NCBI GenBank assembly: GCA_040390065.1
Contig: JAZJZE010000001.1
Location: forward strand, 262,718-326,717
DNA: 64,000 nt
Source: a bacterium
Lineage (GTDB): Archaea; Thermoplasmatota; E2; JACPAO01; JAHFTW01
Direction of reading: 5' to 3'
The notes below the pieces were generated by a model, which had not been told where the DNA came from, ran no database searches, and saw only the letters and a program-made list of their open reading frames with translations. Shown here one piece after another: positions 9,482 through 19,908 of this stretch. Position 1 is the stretch's first letter; each line of letters starts with the position of its first letter. Both the position numbers and the translations under genes were made by a program.

Positions 9482-10639
9482 TCAGCCTACGGGGACGCAT
9501 GCCGCGGTGTTGTTCCAGGTGAAGTCTTTCACTGACCAGTCGCCTGGGTCGTGGTCCCAGGATCCATCGTTCGTGTAGAGGGGACAACTGGAGTTGCCGT
9601 CGGTGCAGACTTCGGACCACGTGCCGTCGTTGGTTGCGGTCGGGGTGTAGTCGATGGTTCCTGTGCAGATGGGTCCGATTGGGCCGCCGCTGCCGCCGTC
9701 GCCTCCTTCCTCACAGATTCGTACGTAGTGGTCGACTTGCGGGTCAATAATCTGGGAGACGATGCCGATGCACCCGGGGCCGCCCGTTGTTGGGTTCCAT
9801 GGGTCGGGGCCACTGCCCGGGAACTGGCCCGCACCGCATGCCGGCATGAGGTTCGTGCTGAGGATTCCGCAGACGTAAATGCACAGGGGCGCGCCCGAGT
9901 AGACTGCGCCAGTCCAGGAGGGCGGACAGGGCGTCGGCGGCTCCGACTGGGAATGGACCACGATGGCGCCGGCCTGCTTGACTTCGTTATCTGGATTCTG
10001 TCCAGTGCACGGAGCGGAAGTGGGCGTTCCTGGTGGCGTTCCCGGCAGAGTTACTTGCTCTGGAAAGCTAATCTCCCAGGAAATCACGGTCCCATCCGGG
10101 AACGGCCCCCAGACGGTGTTGGGTTGCGTAAGGGGACTTGGCGGCGGGGAAACAACTGGAATGATCAGGTCCGCCGAATACCAATCAACATGCGTGACGG
10201 TGGATGGATCCAGCAGTCCCGTGGTGTTCGGGATGAGGCACCACTGGTAAATGCGGTTGAACGTCGGGTGGACGAAGGCGAGACGGAACGATTGCGCGCA
10301 CAGCGTCGGCTTTTCGAAAACGAGCGATGACAGGGTTTGGGTCGTGCATGGAGTAACTTGTCCCCCGGTCTTGGTTGCCCAGAAGTGTTCGACGTCTTCG
10401 AAGCGAAACGCAATCTTATCGTCGACGCCCAGCATGAGCGGACCCGTGTTTTGGCCGGGAATGAACGCTGTCCCCCCCGGACAGCCACTATTGTAGGTCA
10501 AACCGAAGTCGTTGAATTCGCACGTGAACGTCTTGCCTGTGGCCGAGACCGGCATAGACAACACGACGAGGGCTGTTCCGGCAAGCAAGAACGAGGTCCA
10601 AATTGCGTTTGCAGCGGCGCGACGTTCGTGTTTCATCAT
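9482..10639 (-). CDS. Secreted Cys/Pro/Gly-rich protein of unknown function
   Basis: Signal-like N-terminus, 16 Cys; lower-GC codon usage than neighbours. Confidence 0.65.
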   Translation of the reverse strand: MMKHERRAAANAIWTSFLLAGTALVVLSMPVSATGKTFTCEFNDFGLTYNSGCPGGTAFIPGQNTGPLMLGVDDKIAFRFEDVEHFWATKTGGQVTPCTTQTLSSLVFEKPTLCAQSFRLAFVHPTFNRIYQWCLIPNTTGLLDPSTVTHVDWYSADLIIPVVSPPPSPLTQPNTVWGPFPDGTVISWEISFPEQVTLPGTPPGTPTSAPCTGQNPDNEVKQAGAIVVHSQSEPPTPCPPSWTGAVYSGAPLCIYVCGILSTNLMPACGAGQFPGSGPDPWNPTTGGPGCIGIVSQIIDPQVDHYVRICEEGGDGGSGGPIGPICTGTIDYTPTATNDGTWSEVCTDGNSSCPLYTNDGSWDHDPGDWSVKDFTWNNTAACVPVG

Positions 10640-10748
10640 GCTACCTACCCGGGGCGACGAAGCTGGCCAGCCGGATAATTCTGGCGTCACGCGTTAGCCT
10701 TCCGGGAGGCCGGGCGTCGTAGTCTAGATATATGGTCACGACCTTCAA

Positions 10749-12866
10749 TTGGCAGTCATGGCCGCGCGATTGGCTCGCCTGGTATTCGTCGCGACGGCGC
10801 TGTGTGCGCTTCTCGCCGTCCCGTGCAGCCCGGCCATTTCCACCACCGCTACGCCGATTCTGACTCCGTGGAACCTGCCCGGCCCCGCTGCAGGGGCGCA
10901 GGCAGTGTGGATTGGCCAGGCTTTCTACATTCTAGGCGGGCAAGGCGACGCCATTGTGCGTTTCAATCCAGCCAACGGAGAGGAAAGTGTGGTGGCCCAT
11001 TTCCCGTACGAGCTTTACGGCGCTGGCGTCGCCGCAATCGGAGGGAAGGCGTTCGTATTCGGCGGATACGGGCTCGACAATCAAGCAAGTGACAACGTGT
11101 TTGCCTTCGATCCAGTGTTGATGGAGGTGACGCTCCTGCCCATACACCTTTCACATCCGGTCACGGAGATGCAAGCGGTCCCACTGGCAGGCCAAGTGTA
11201 TTTGTTTGGCGGTTCGAACAACGCAATTGCCACGTGCTACGGCGACATTGCACGTTTCAACCCCGTGGACGCCACGATAACGACGTTGGCGCCCAATCTG
11301 GGCCCGTATGCTTGCCAGCCGACGGCTGCATCGGACGGCATTGCAGTCTATGGGACCGCCGTCGGGTCTATCACCGAGTCCAGCGAAAACCGCCGCATTT
11401 TCAAGTTCTCGCCCGAGGCTGGGGGCGCATTGACGTGGCTTCCAACCCAGTTGCCTGTCCCGACGGCTCAAGACGGCCTCGTCTACTGGTATGGTGGTGC
11501 CGCGTGGGACGGGCAGGCAATCATCTTCGCAAGCATGGGTTGGACGCAGGCCTCTGAAACGAGCGCGGCAAGCCACCAACGTCGTGAGCTTGCCACGTTC
11601 AGGCCAGCGGATGGTTCCGTCGCCCCGTGGCCGTCCTTGCTTCCGGAAGCCACGTCGTCGCACGCGATGGCCTATTCTGGGTGCGGGCTGTACTTTTTCG
11701 GAACCACGAGCGCTCCCCCCGAGAACGCGCTCACGAACCATATCATGCGGCTGGGTCCAAGTGAGGTCTGCAAGGCTCAGGCTTCGTTCACGCCGGTGCA
11801 GCAGACGCTGTCATGCGTGTCTTCGACGTTCGAATTCACGAGTCTGGCTTCTCCTGTTGCCGTGTTTGTGTCGCAGTCCTGGTTGATTGATGGCACGTCG
11901 TCTGGTGGGGCGACTGCCTCTCACACGTTTACTGCAAGCGGGGCCTACACGGCAACGCTAACAGCCGTTGACGTCGACGGCGTGTCGCATACGGCGACGC
12001 AGAGCATCAGCGTCGATTTGCCGACGGCGTGTCCGCCCAGCATTGAGGACGTTCCGTTCCAGTTGTTGTGGGCCGGGGATGCCATGCAAGTGTGCGCGCA
12101 CGGCCACGCCGGCCTGCAAGGCTCTCTTTCCTACGCAGTATCTGGCGCCCCTGGGGGGAGTGCCTTCGATGCTGGGACGGCTTGCTTGTCCTGGACTGCA
12201 TCGGGGGGTCAACTCGGCAACCTTCCTTGCGTGACGTTTGTGGTGATGGAGGCCCCGTCGGGTCAATCGGCGTCGACGTGTCTTCGCATCCGCGTCTTGG
12301 CGCCGGGCGAGTCGGTGAAGGATTCCGACGCGGATGGCATCCCGGACGACGCCGACAATTGCCCTGGATTTGCCAACCATGGCCAGGCTGACGCGGACCA
12401 CGACGGCGTCGGTGACGCCTGCGACGACGCAAGCGCCGCCGCATCGTCCACAACCGCTGCGCAACACGTTCCGGCCGGAACCGAAGCCGACCGTGATGGC
12501 GACGGCGTCCCCGACGCAGCCGACGACTGCCCAACCATTGCAAACTCGAATCAAGCCAACCTCGACCGCGACACCCAAGGCGATTCATGTGACGCGGATC
12601 TGGACGGCGACGGCGTCCCCAACGACGCACCAATCGGCTCGTTCCTCGACAATTGCCCCGCCGTGCCCAACGCCGACCAGAAGGATTCCGCGGGGACAGG
12701 AATCGGCGATGCATGCCGGAACCGAGCCGTCGCCCCCGTAGGCGCGGTGCCCGACGTTGCCGCGGTCACGCCGGCGGCCGCAACGAAAGCATCGCCCTCA
12801 TTTGGGGCACTCATGCTCTTGAGCGTCCTGGGCGCCGCCGTGACGCTTGCGGCCAGGCGACGATAA
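10749..12866 (+). CDS. Cell-surface protein: Kelch-like propeller + PKD + Ig-like + thrombospondin type 3 repeats + C-terminal sorting signal
   Basis: YILGG/FVFGG/YLFGG Kelch blades; SHTFTASGAYTATLTAVD PKD; DxDxDGxxDxxDNCP repeats; KASPSFG-TM-RRR tail. Confidence 0.85.
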   Translation: MAVMAARLARLVFVATALCALLAVPCSPAISTTATPILTPWNLPGPAAGAQAVWIGQAFYILGGQGDAIVRFNPANGEESVVAHFPYELYGAGVAAIGGKAFVFGGYGLDNQASDNVFAFDPVLMEVTLLPIHLSHPVTEMQAVPLAGQVYLFGGSNNAIATCYGDIARFNPVDATITTLAPNLGPYACQPTAASDGIAVYGTAVGSITESSENRRIFKFSPEAGGALTWLPTQLPVPTAQDGLVYWYGGAAWDGQAIIFASMGWTQASETSAASHQRRELATFRPADGSVAPWPSLLPEATSSHAMAYSGCGLYFFGTTSAPPENALTNHIMRLGPSEVCKAQASFTPVQQTLSCVSSTFEFTSLASPVAVFVSQSWLIDGTSSGGATASHTFTASGAYTATLTAVDVDGVSHTATQSISVDLPTACPPSIEDVPFQLLWAGDAMQVCAHGHAGLQGSLSYAVSGAPGGSAFDAGTACLSWTASGGQLGNLPCVTFVVMEAPSGQSASTCLRIRVLAPGESVKDSDADGIPDDADNCPGFANHGQADADHDGVGDACDDASAAASSTTAAQHVPAGTEADRDGDGVPDAADDCPTIANSNQANLDRDTQGDSCDADLDGDGVPNDAPIGSFLDNCPAVPNADQKDSAGTGIGDACRNRAVAPVGAVPDVAAVTPAAATKASPSFGALMLLSVLGAAVTLAARRR

Positions 12867-13123
12867 GCCAGTGAGCCGCGACATGCGGAACTGCTAGCGC
12901 GGCATGGGTCAGTGGTTGAGGCCTTGCACGCAGCCGACGGCGGCCCACGCCGCGCACGTTCCGGCGGCCCCCAGAAAACCCTTTGGTCCGACGACGAGGG
13001 GGTTTCGCCCGGCGCTGGCCACGGTTCCCGCGTCGGCCGCTGCGGAAGATCGCCCATCGATGGACCGCAGCCCGTGCCACCGTGCCATTTGGTATCCCAA
13101 GGGGCTTTATGCTCCGCCTCTGA

Positions 13124-15742
13124 ATGGGTTGCCCGAGCATGGGTGGCATGACGCGCAGAGAGGTTGTAGTTCGCCCTCGCGCGGAGCGTAGGCCCGTTCG
13201 AGGCGCGCCGCCGGCTTCGAGGCCGCGCGGGGTGGCACTCTTCGTCGTCGCCTTCTTGGCGGGTGGGGCCGCGGGGCTCCTTTCGGTCGGCCACGTCCAG
13301 GCCGCCGGTCCATACCCCATCGATGTGACGCAGCCTTGCTTCCACCTCAAGGCAGAGAACTTCTGGATCATGCTGGACGACGGCCGCACCTTCGACCTCG
13401 ACCCGGCCCAGATCAGCCAGGCGTCGTTCAATTGCAATCAAGGGCTCGCTGGCTACACCACGATTGAGTTGATCTGGCATGAGCACGGCGTGGAGATGCG
13501 TTTCTTCGCCTACCTCCACAGCGACGGCTCGGTCTGGTGGTCCGACGAGATCCGCGTGTACAACGGCGCGTCGCAGGGCGCGGACTGGCTGTTTGCCTAT
13601 GGCGACTTCTTCCGCACTTCGGTCGGGCAGCCCTACCAGACCTCGAGCTGGAACGTGACGGCAGGCGCCGGCGGGTCCGGCGCACCCCACGCGGGCATCC
13701 ATTTCGTCGGCCTGGGCTTGGCGACCACCTTCCCGCCGAGCCAAGGTGGTGCCGATGCCGATGCCGATGGTGTTGCAAACAATGCCGACAACTGCCCCGG
13801 CGTCGCCAACGCCAGCCAAGGGGACATGGACCGTGACGGAATCGGCGACGTGTGCGATTCCGACATGGACGGCGACGGCATCGCCAACACCTCGGACAAC
13901 TGCACTGTGGTCTACAATTCGGATCAGACCGACGCGGACGCCGACGGCGTCGGCGACGCTTGCGAGGGGCCCGGCGACACGGACGGCGACGGGATTGCCA
14001 ACAGCTCGGACAACTGCCCGTCGGCTGCGAACCGTGACCAGACCGACTTGGACCACGACCAGCAAGGCGATGCCTGCGACGCGGACATGGACGGGGACGG
14101 CGTGCCACAATACACTGTGACCGACGACGGTCACACCCACACGGGCCAAGACAACTGCCCCACCGTGCCCAACGCTGACCAAGGCGACATGGACGCCGAC
14201 GGCATCGGGGATGCCTGTGATGCGGCCCAGTCCGATGGTGGCCCGTTGGATGTGGCCCAAGCAGACCTTGCTCTCCGTGCGTCTCTCGTCGTCTCGAGCG
14301 ACGGTTTCTCCGCCACCCTCTCCTGGCCCTCCCAGAGCGGTGCCGTGGGCTACCAGGTGTGGCGCCACGCCAGTCCATGGGTGCTTGTCGCCGAGCTTGG
14401 CCCCGGCACAAGCGGCTTCGTGGACCCCTCTTCCGTCCCCGGTGCGCTGTACGCCGTGACGGCCTTCTCTGCAAGCGATGCCGCGCACGGCTTCTTCGCC
14501 GCGCTGGACGAATCGTACCCCGGCGTCGGAAGTTCCGGCCCCATCACGCCCCAAGTCCAATTCGGCCCCACGTCCGGAGCAGTCGCCCAGCCAGGCACGC
14601 CCCCCAACGACGCTGCCGCTTCCGTCATCTCCTGGGGGCTCCTCCCGTGGCTCGTCGCGGCCGCTCTGCTGGTCACGATTCCTGTCGGCGTCGCCATCGC
14701 ACGCTCCAACCGGCGCCGGGCTCCGTCGGGCCAAGCCCTCATCTCACCAACGCCTGCACAGGCCGCCGCGGCGTCGGGAAGTGCCCTCGCCCTGCGCGAG
14801 GTCAGCATCGCGATCGGCGGCAAGACCATCGTCCACCCGGTCACCATCGACATCCCGCGCGGCCAGCTCACGTTCATGCTCGGCACGAGCGGCTCGGGCA
14901 AGTCGACGATCCTCAAGGCCATCATGGGCTTGCAGCCGGCCTCCGGTTCCTTCATCCTCGCCGGCCAGCCGATCACGCCCGGTTCCCCCGAGGCGAAGGC
15001 CAACATCGGATACGTCCCGCAGGACCTGCAGCTCTACACCAACCTCACGGCGCTTGCGAACATCCAATACTTCGGCGGCCAGTACGGCCTTTCCAACGCG
15101 GACGCCAAGGCCCGCGGCCGCCAGCTCCTGGCCGACTTGGGCTTGGCTGGCCTCGAAGACCGCACGCTCGACCGCTTGTCCGGCGGCCAGGCGCGTCGCG
15201 TCAGCATCGCGTGCGCACTCGTGCACGAACCCGCCCTGCTCCTGCTCGACGAGCCCACGTCGGGGCTCGACTTCTCGGCGCGCAAGGCGCTGTGGAGCGT
15301 CCTGCAGGCATTGGCGCGTTCACGGGGTGTCGCCGTCTTGTCGTCGACGCATTTCCTGGATGATGTGCAGGGCGGCGACGGCGTCGGCATCATGTTCCAG
15401 GGCCGGCTCGTGTCCTTCGGCTCGACGAGGTCGCTCATCAAGTCGCTGCCCGGCGGCGGCCGCTGCGTCGAGTTGGAGTTCGAGGAACTGTCCGACGCGT
15501 CCCGCGAGCGCCTCAAGACCCTGGCGGCGGTCCTGCGCCAGAAAGGCATCGTGGAGCGCATGGAACTGCACCACTTCAGCGGCCGCTTCTTCTGCCGCGA
15601 CCCGGCCGCGGCGGCGCGCGCCCTACCGGACGAGTTGTTCAAGGGCAAGTTCAAGGTGCGCTCGACGCGCCTGGACGACATCAACCTCGAGGACGTCTTC
15701 GTCTTCTACACGGGCCAGCCCTTCCCGGTGGAACCGCAATGA
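13124..15742 (+). CDS. TSP3-repeat ectodomain / single TM / ABC ATP-binding fusion protein
   Basis: Signal-like hydrophobic stretch, four DNC-containing TSP3 units, [31 protein letters not shown], Walker [25 protein letters not shown]; exact start uncertain (13124-13232). Confidence 0.85.
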   Translation: MGCPSMGGMTRREVVVRPRAERRPVRGAPPASRPRGVALFVVAFLAGGAAGLLSVGHVQAAGPYPIDVTQPCFHLKAENFWIMLDDGRTFDLDPAQISQASFNCNQGLAGYTTIELIWHEHGVEMRFFAYLHSDGSVWWSDEIRVYNGASQGADWLFAYGDFFRTSVGQPYQTSSWNVTAGAGGSGAPHAGIHFVGLGLATTFPPSQGGADADADGVANNADNCPGVANASQGDMDRDGIGDVCDSDMDGDGIANTSDNCTVVYNSDQTDADADGVGDACEGPGDTDGDGIANSSDNCPSAANRDQTDLDHDQQGDACDADMDGDGVPQYTVTDDGHTHTGQDNCPTVPNADQGDMDADGIGDACDAAQSDGGPLDVAQADLALRASLVVSSDGFSATLSWPSQSGAVGYQVWRHASPWVLVAELGPGTSGFVDPSSVPGALYAVTAFSASDAAHGFFAALDESYPGVGSSGPITPQVQFGPTSGAVAQPGTPPNDAAASVISWGLLPWLVAAALLVTIPVGVAIARSNRRRAPSGQALISPTPAQAAAASGSALALREVSIAIGGKTIVHPVTIDIPRGQLTFMLGTSGSGKSTILKAIMGLQPASGSFILAGQPITPGSPEAKANIGYVPQDLQLYTNLTALANIQYFGGQYGLSNADAKARGRQLLADLGLAGLEDRTLDRLSGGQARRVSIACALVHEPALLLLDEPTSGLDFSARKALWSVLQALARSRGVAVLSSTHFLDDVQGGDGVGIMFQGRLVSFGSTRSLIKSLPGGGRCVELEFEELSDASRERLKTLAAVLRQKGIVERMELHHFSGRFFCRDPAAAARALPDELFKGKFKVRSTRLDDINLEDVFVFYTGQPFPVEPQ

Positions 15743-16482
15743 GGCTCGCCGCGTCCGTGCGCAAGGAGTGGCATCAAGTCGCGCGTGACCCGGTCGGCCT
15801 CCTAGCGGCACTTCTGGCGCCGTTTCTCATCGTGTGGATCTTCAGCACGCTGGACTTGGCCCACGGCCCGTCGGCGGGCGGTGCCCCCAGTCCCGTGGCC
15901 TTGATTCTGTGCCTGTCCATCTGGTTGTCGTCGCTCACGGCTGCCGCCACATCCCTGTACCGCGAGCGTACCGGCGGCACGTTGCAGCGCCTCGCCGTCA
16001 CACCGTTTTCGCCCGGCATGCTCGTCGGCACGAAAGCCGGCGTGCTTTGCGCGATCGGTCTCGGGCAAGCGCTCGTCGTATGGTTCTCGGCCCGCATGCT
16101 CCTCTCGCAGGACCTCGCAAGCGCCGACGACGCGGCCGGCATCCTAGCGTTGTTCCTCCTCGTCTTCCAGACCGTGGCACTTGGCATGCTGTTTGCGGCC
16201 CTGCTGCGCTCGCCGACGCAGATCGCCAACGTCGTGACACTGTTCACGCTCGCCGTCATCACGCTCTGCGGTTTCCTGAAGTCGGTCGACAGCATGGGCG
16301 CCATGGCCCCGCTTGCCCGCATGCTCCCCTTCACTCTCGCCTACGACGCCGTCGGCGACATCGTGTCGGCGCGCGGCCTACCAATGCTCACGTTCCTGGC
16401 GATGGCCCTCGAGGGCGTCATGTTCCTCTTGGCCAGCGGCTTGGCGCTGCGTTTCGTCGGACAGACCGCGAAGACGGGGTAG
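15739..16482 (+). CDS. ABC-2 type transporter permease
   Basis: [31 protein letters not shown]; about 6 TM; ATGA overlap with ATPase fusion gene. Confidence 0.85.
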   Translation: MRLAASVRKEWHQVARDPVGLLAALLAPFLIVWIFSTLDLAHGPSAGGAPSPVALILCLSIWLSSLTAAATSLYRERTGGTLQRLAVTPFSPGMLVGTKAGVLCAIGLGQALVVWFSARMLLSQDLASADDAAGILALFLLVFQTVALGMLFAALLRSPTQIANVVTLFTLAVITLCGFLKSVDSMGAMAPLARMLPFTLAYDAVGDIVSARGLPMLTFLAMALEGVMFLLASGLALRFVGQTAKTG

Positions 16483-16505
16483 TTCCCCCCTGCCACTGGG
16501 GTCGA

Positions 16506-17744
16506 CTAGACTGCCAGCGCCCGTGCCGGCTTCTGCGCAATCGTCTTCGCCATGACTTCGCCGAGCCGTTCGACGCCAATCTTGATCTTGTCGTCGGCGG
16601 GGTGGCTGAAGTTCATGCGCATCGTGTTGAAGCCGACTTTGGGGTCGGGGAAGAACGACTTTCCGGGGACGTAGGCGACTTCGCGCTCGACTGCGGTCTT
16701 GAGCATCTCCGTGGCGTTGACGTGCTCGGGCATCGTTGCCCACGTGAAGAGGCCGCCTTGGCTCTTCGTCCACTTCGTCCCTTCCTTCGGGAAGTGGCGG
16801 TCCATGGCGGTAAGCATGATGTCGCGCTTCTTGCGGTACAGGCTCACGATCTCCGGCAGGTGGCGGTCGATGAGGCCGCCGGCGAGGAGGTCGGCTGCGA
16901 TGTACTGAGTGAAGGCGTTGGTGCAGAGGTCGACGCTCTGCTTCGAGATGACCATCTTGCGGGTCGCTTCGGCCGGGGCGACCGACCAGGCGAGGCGGAA
17001 GCCTGGGACGAGGATTTTGCTGAACGTGCCGAGGTAGATGACGCGGCCGCCGTCCTTGTCCATGGCGTGCATGGATTGGATGTGGTCGCCGTCGAAGCGC
17101 AGCTTGCCGTATGGGTCGTCCTCGACGATCAGGAGGTCGTGGCGGTGCGCGAGTTCGATCAACTGGCGGCGGCGCGCGGCGCTGATGGTGGTTCCCGTCG
17201 GGTTGGCGAAGGTGGAGACGACGTAGAGGAACTTGGCGCGCGTCCCGGTGCGCTTCAGGTTCTGGATGACGGTCTCGACGGATTCGGGGATGATGCCGTC
17301 GCCGTCGGAGTCGGCCGTCGCGTACTTGGCGCCGAAGTAGTTGAACGCCTGCAGCGCGCCGAGGTAGGTCGGGTTGGAGACGATGACCGTGTCGCCGGGA
17401 TCCAGGAAGACGCGGCCGAGAAGGTCGAGGCCTTGCTGGCTGCCGTTCGTGATGAGGATCTCGTCAGGATGCACGCGCATGCCGTCCTTGCCGAGGTGTT
17501 CGGCGACGGCTTCGCGAAGGGGGGTGACGCCTTCCGTCGTGGAGTACTGCAGGGCGGACTTGGCGTGGTCGCGAAGGACGCGGTGGGTGGCCTCCTCGAC
17601 TTCCTTGACCGGGAACGTGCCAGGGTTCGGCAGGCCGCCTGCGAAGCTGATGATGTTCGGCTTCTCCGTGAGCTTGAGAAGCTCGCGGATTTCACTCGCC
17701 TTGACCGCGTGGCTGGCGCGGGAGTAGAGCGGCCCGAATTCCAT
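16506..17744 (-). CDS. PLP-dependent class I aminotransferase (LysN-like)
   Basis: ISFAGGLP, FANPTG, EDDPYG, GTFSKILVPGFRLAW. Confidence 0.9.
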   Translation of the reverse strand: MEFGPLYSRASHAVKASEIRELLKLTEKPNIISFAGGLPNPGTFPVKEVEEATHRVLRDHAKSALQYSTTEGVTPLREAVAEHLGKDGMRVHPDEILITNGSQQGLDLLGRVFLDPGDTVIVSNPTYLGALQAFNYFGAKYATADSDGDGIIPESVETVIQNLKRTGTRAKFLYVVSTFANPTGTTISAARRRQLIELAHRHDLLIVEDDPYGKLRFDGDHIQSMHAMDKDGGRVIYLGTFSKILVPGFRLAWSVAPAEATRKMVISKQSVDLCTNAFTQYIAADLLAGGLIDRHLPEIVSLYRKKRDIMLTAMDRHFPKEGTKWTKSQGGLFTWATMPEHVNATEMLKTAVEREVAYVPGKSFFPDPKVGFNTMRMNFSHPADDKIKIGVERLGEVMAKTIAQKPARALAV

Positions 17745-17959
17745 GCACTCTTGCTACGGGCGCGTTTCATAAAAAGGTTCGGCCAAGAGCCACTTACGAA
17801 AAACGAAGTTCAGCAATTGTGTCCAATTCTGAATGAACAGCAGAATACCAAGTTCCCGCTAAACCTAGTTCATTGAGGATGGGTCGGCCTGCTACCCCCG
17901 TTGCATGGACCCCTTCCGCGGCCCCGGACCTGTTCGGGTTTCGCACCGGCGCGCAGACT

Positions 17960-19180
17960 CTAGAAGATCCGCGTCAGCAGCAACGACGTGGCGGCGGCGA
18001 CGAGTGCAGCCGCGGGGATCGTGATGATCCAGGCGACGACCAAGCGTCGCGCCACACCCCACTGCACAGCCGACATGCTGCGCGTCGCGCCGACACCCAT
18101 GATGGACCCGCTGATGGCATGCGTCGTCGAGACGGGGATGCCTTGCTGCGCCATGAAGAACAACGCAACGCCGCCGCCCGTTTCGGCCGCGAAGCCCTGG
18201 TACGGTGACAGGTCCGTGATCTTCGTCGCCATCGTCTTCACGATGCGCCAGCCGCCGAACATCGTGCCGAGACCGATGGCAGTGGCCGCCGTGAAGACGA
18301 CGATGGTGGGAATGCCGGTCGCGTGGAAATCACCGCCGGGCAGGTCCGCCGCCTTGATGCCCACGACCACCAGGGCGCCAGCGATGATGCCCATCGTCTT
18401 CTGGCCGTCGTTGCTGCCGTGGGTGAGGGAGTAGAACGCGCTCGAGGCGATCTGCAGCTTGCCGAACGTCTTGTTCACCGTCCCGGGCCGCGCCTTCCGG
18501 AGGCTCGACATGAGAAGCAGCGTGACCAGGTACGTGACGACGAAACCGAGGAACGGGCTCACGACCATGAACACGATGGTCTTGCCTACGGCGCCGAGCG
18601 CGACGTTGCCGGGAAGTACGGCCCAGACGGAGGCCGCAGCCAGACCGACGTAGCCGGCGAAGAAGGCCCACGTGCCCCGCTTCTCCTGCCGCGCGGCCAT
18701 GGCGCCGAGGAAGCCGAGGACCGCGCCGATTACGATGGCGCCCAGCGCGACCTCGCCGAAGCGCAGCATCTGGTCGTTGGCCACCCACTTCACCGCCGAC
18801 GAACCCGCAGCCGCGACGCCGGCACCAAGCAGGCCACCGATGAGGGCATGGCTGGAACTCGACGGGATGCCCATGCGCCACGTGATGAGGTTCCACACGA
18901 TGGCGCCGATTAGGGCCGCGCATACGATGATGAGGCCGTCATGGGCGATGATGGGGTTGTGGAGGTCGAGGATGTCGCCCTGGACCGCCTTGGCGACGGC
19001 GACGCCGAAGATGAACGGGCCAAGGAAGTTCGACAGCCCGGCGACGGCCAGCGCTTGCCAGGGGCGGAGGGCTCGCGTCGCCACCACGGTGCTGATGGCG
19101 TTGGCGGAGTCGTGGAACCCGTTGATGAAGTCGAACGTAATCGCCAGTCCGATGACCGCGTAGAGCCAGGCGTTGTCCAT
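17960..19180 (-). CDS. Inorganic phosphate transporter, PiT family
   Basis: NGFHDSANAI, GIPSSSSHAL, HGSNDGQKTMG, PVSTTH. Confidence 0.95.
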   Translation of the reverse strand: MDNAWLYAVIGLAITFDFINGFHDSANAISTVVATRALRPWQALAVAGLSNFLGPFIFGVAVAKAVQGDILDLHNPIIAHDGLIIVCAALIGAIVWNLITWRMGIPSSSSHALIGGLLGAGVAAAGSSAVKWVANDQMLRFGEVALGAIVIGAVLGFLGAMAARQEKRGTWAFFAGYVGLAAASVWAVLPGNVALGAVGKTIVFMVVSPFLGFVVTYLVTLLLMSSLRKARPGTVNKTFGKLQIASSAFYSLTHGSNDGQKTMGIIAGALVVVGIKAADLPGGDFHATGIPTIVVFTAATAIGLGTMFGGWRIVKTMATKITDLSPYQGFAAETGGGVALFFMAQQGIPVSTTHAISGSIMGVGATRSMSAVQWGVARRLVVAWIITIPAAALVAAATSLLLTRIF

Positions 19181-19188
19181 GCGTCACC

Positions 19189-19827
19189 CTAGGAGTGCTT
19201 GCGCAGGATGTCGTGCAGCACGTCGGCGACGTCTTCGCACCGGTCGGTGCCCGCCTCCAGGAATTCGTAGATTTCCTTGTACTTCATGATGCGGACGGCG
19301 TCGTTCGTGGTAAAGAGCTCGGCGACGGCCTTGTTGAGCAGCCGGTCCGCGACGTTCTCGAGGCGGTGGATCTCGACGACGTGCGGCGAGAGGGTGCGCT
19401 GGAGCTGTCCGGGCTTCCGGAGCGCGAAGATGCCGGCGCTCAGTTCCTTGACCTGGGCGTCGATGATGCCGATGAACTCGTGCATCGTCGGTGTCGGTTC
19501 CGCGATGCGGTACAGCGCGATGCGGTTCGTGGCGCCGTAGATGGCGTCCGTGATGTCGTCGACGGCGTGGGCGAGGCGAGCGAGGTCCTCGCGGTCGATC
19601 GGCGTGATGAACGTCGCGTTCAGGCGTTCGAAGATCTCGTGGCCGGTCGCGTCGGCCTGGTTCTCGGTCTCCTTGATCTTCTCGCGCCAGACCTCGACGT
19701 TGGCCCAACTGGGGCTGCCAAGGAGGCTCTTGAACTGCTGCGCCGCGGTGGCCGCAAGGCCGATGTGCTTCTCCAGGAGGTCGTAGAAGATGCGGTCCTG
19801 GGGGATGATCCATTCCTTGAATCCCAT
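19189..19827 (-). CDS. DUF47 (PhoU-like) Pit accessory protein
   Basis: FITPIDREDL..DDITD, E..TDRCEDVAD; directly upstream of pit. Confidence 0.9.
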   Translation of the reverse strand: MGFKEWIIPQDRIFYDLLEKHIGLAATAAQQFKSLLGSPSWANVEVWREKIKETENQADATGHEIFERLNATFITPIDREDLARLAHAVDDITDAIYGATNRIALYRIAEPTPTMHEFIGIIDAQVKELSAGIFALRKPGQLQRTLSPHVVEIHRLENVADRLLNKAVAELFTTNDAVRIMKYKEIYEFLEAGTDRCEDVADVLHDILRKHS

Positions 19828-19908
19828 GGGGCCGCACAATAGAGCGGGGGTGAAGATGCTATTCTCAATAGAATCAATAGGACGTCCCGGGACGCCCCAA
19901 CACCGGCG

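Noticed and set aside
15834-17876. 680-aa plus-strand ORF
   Set aside because: Overlaps the permease out of frame and the aminotransferase in antisense; high-GC shadow.
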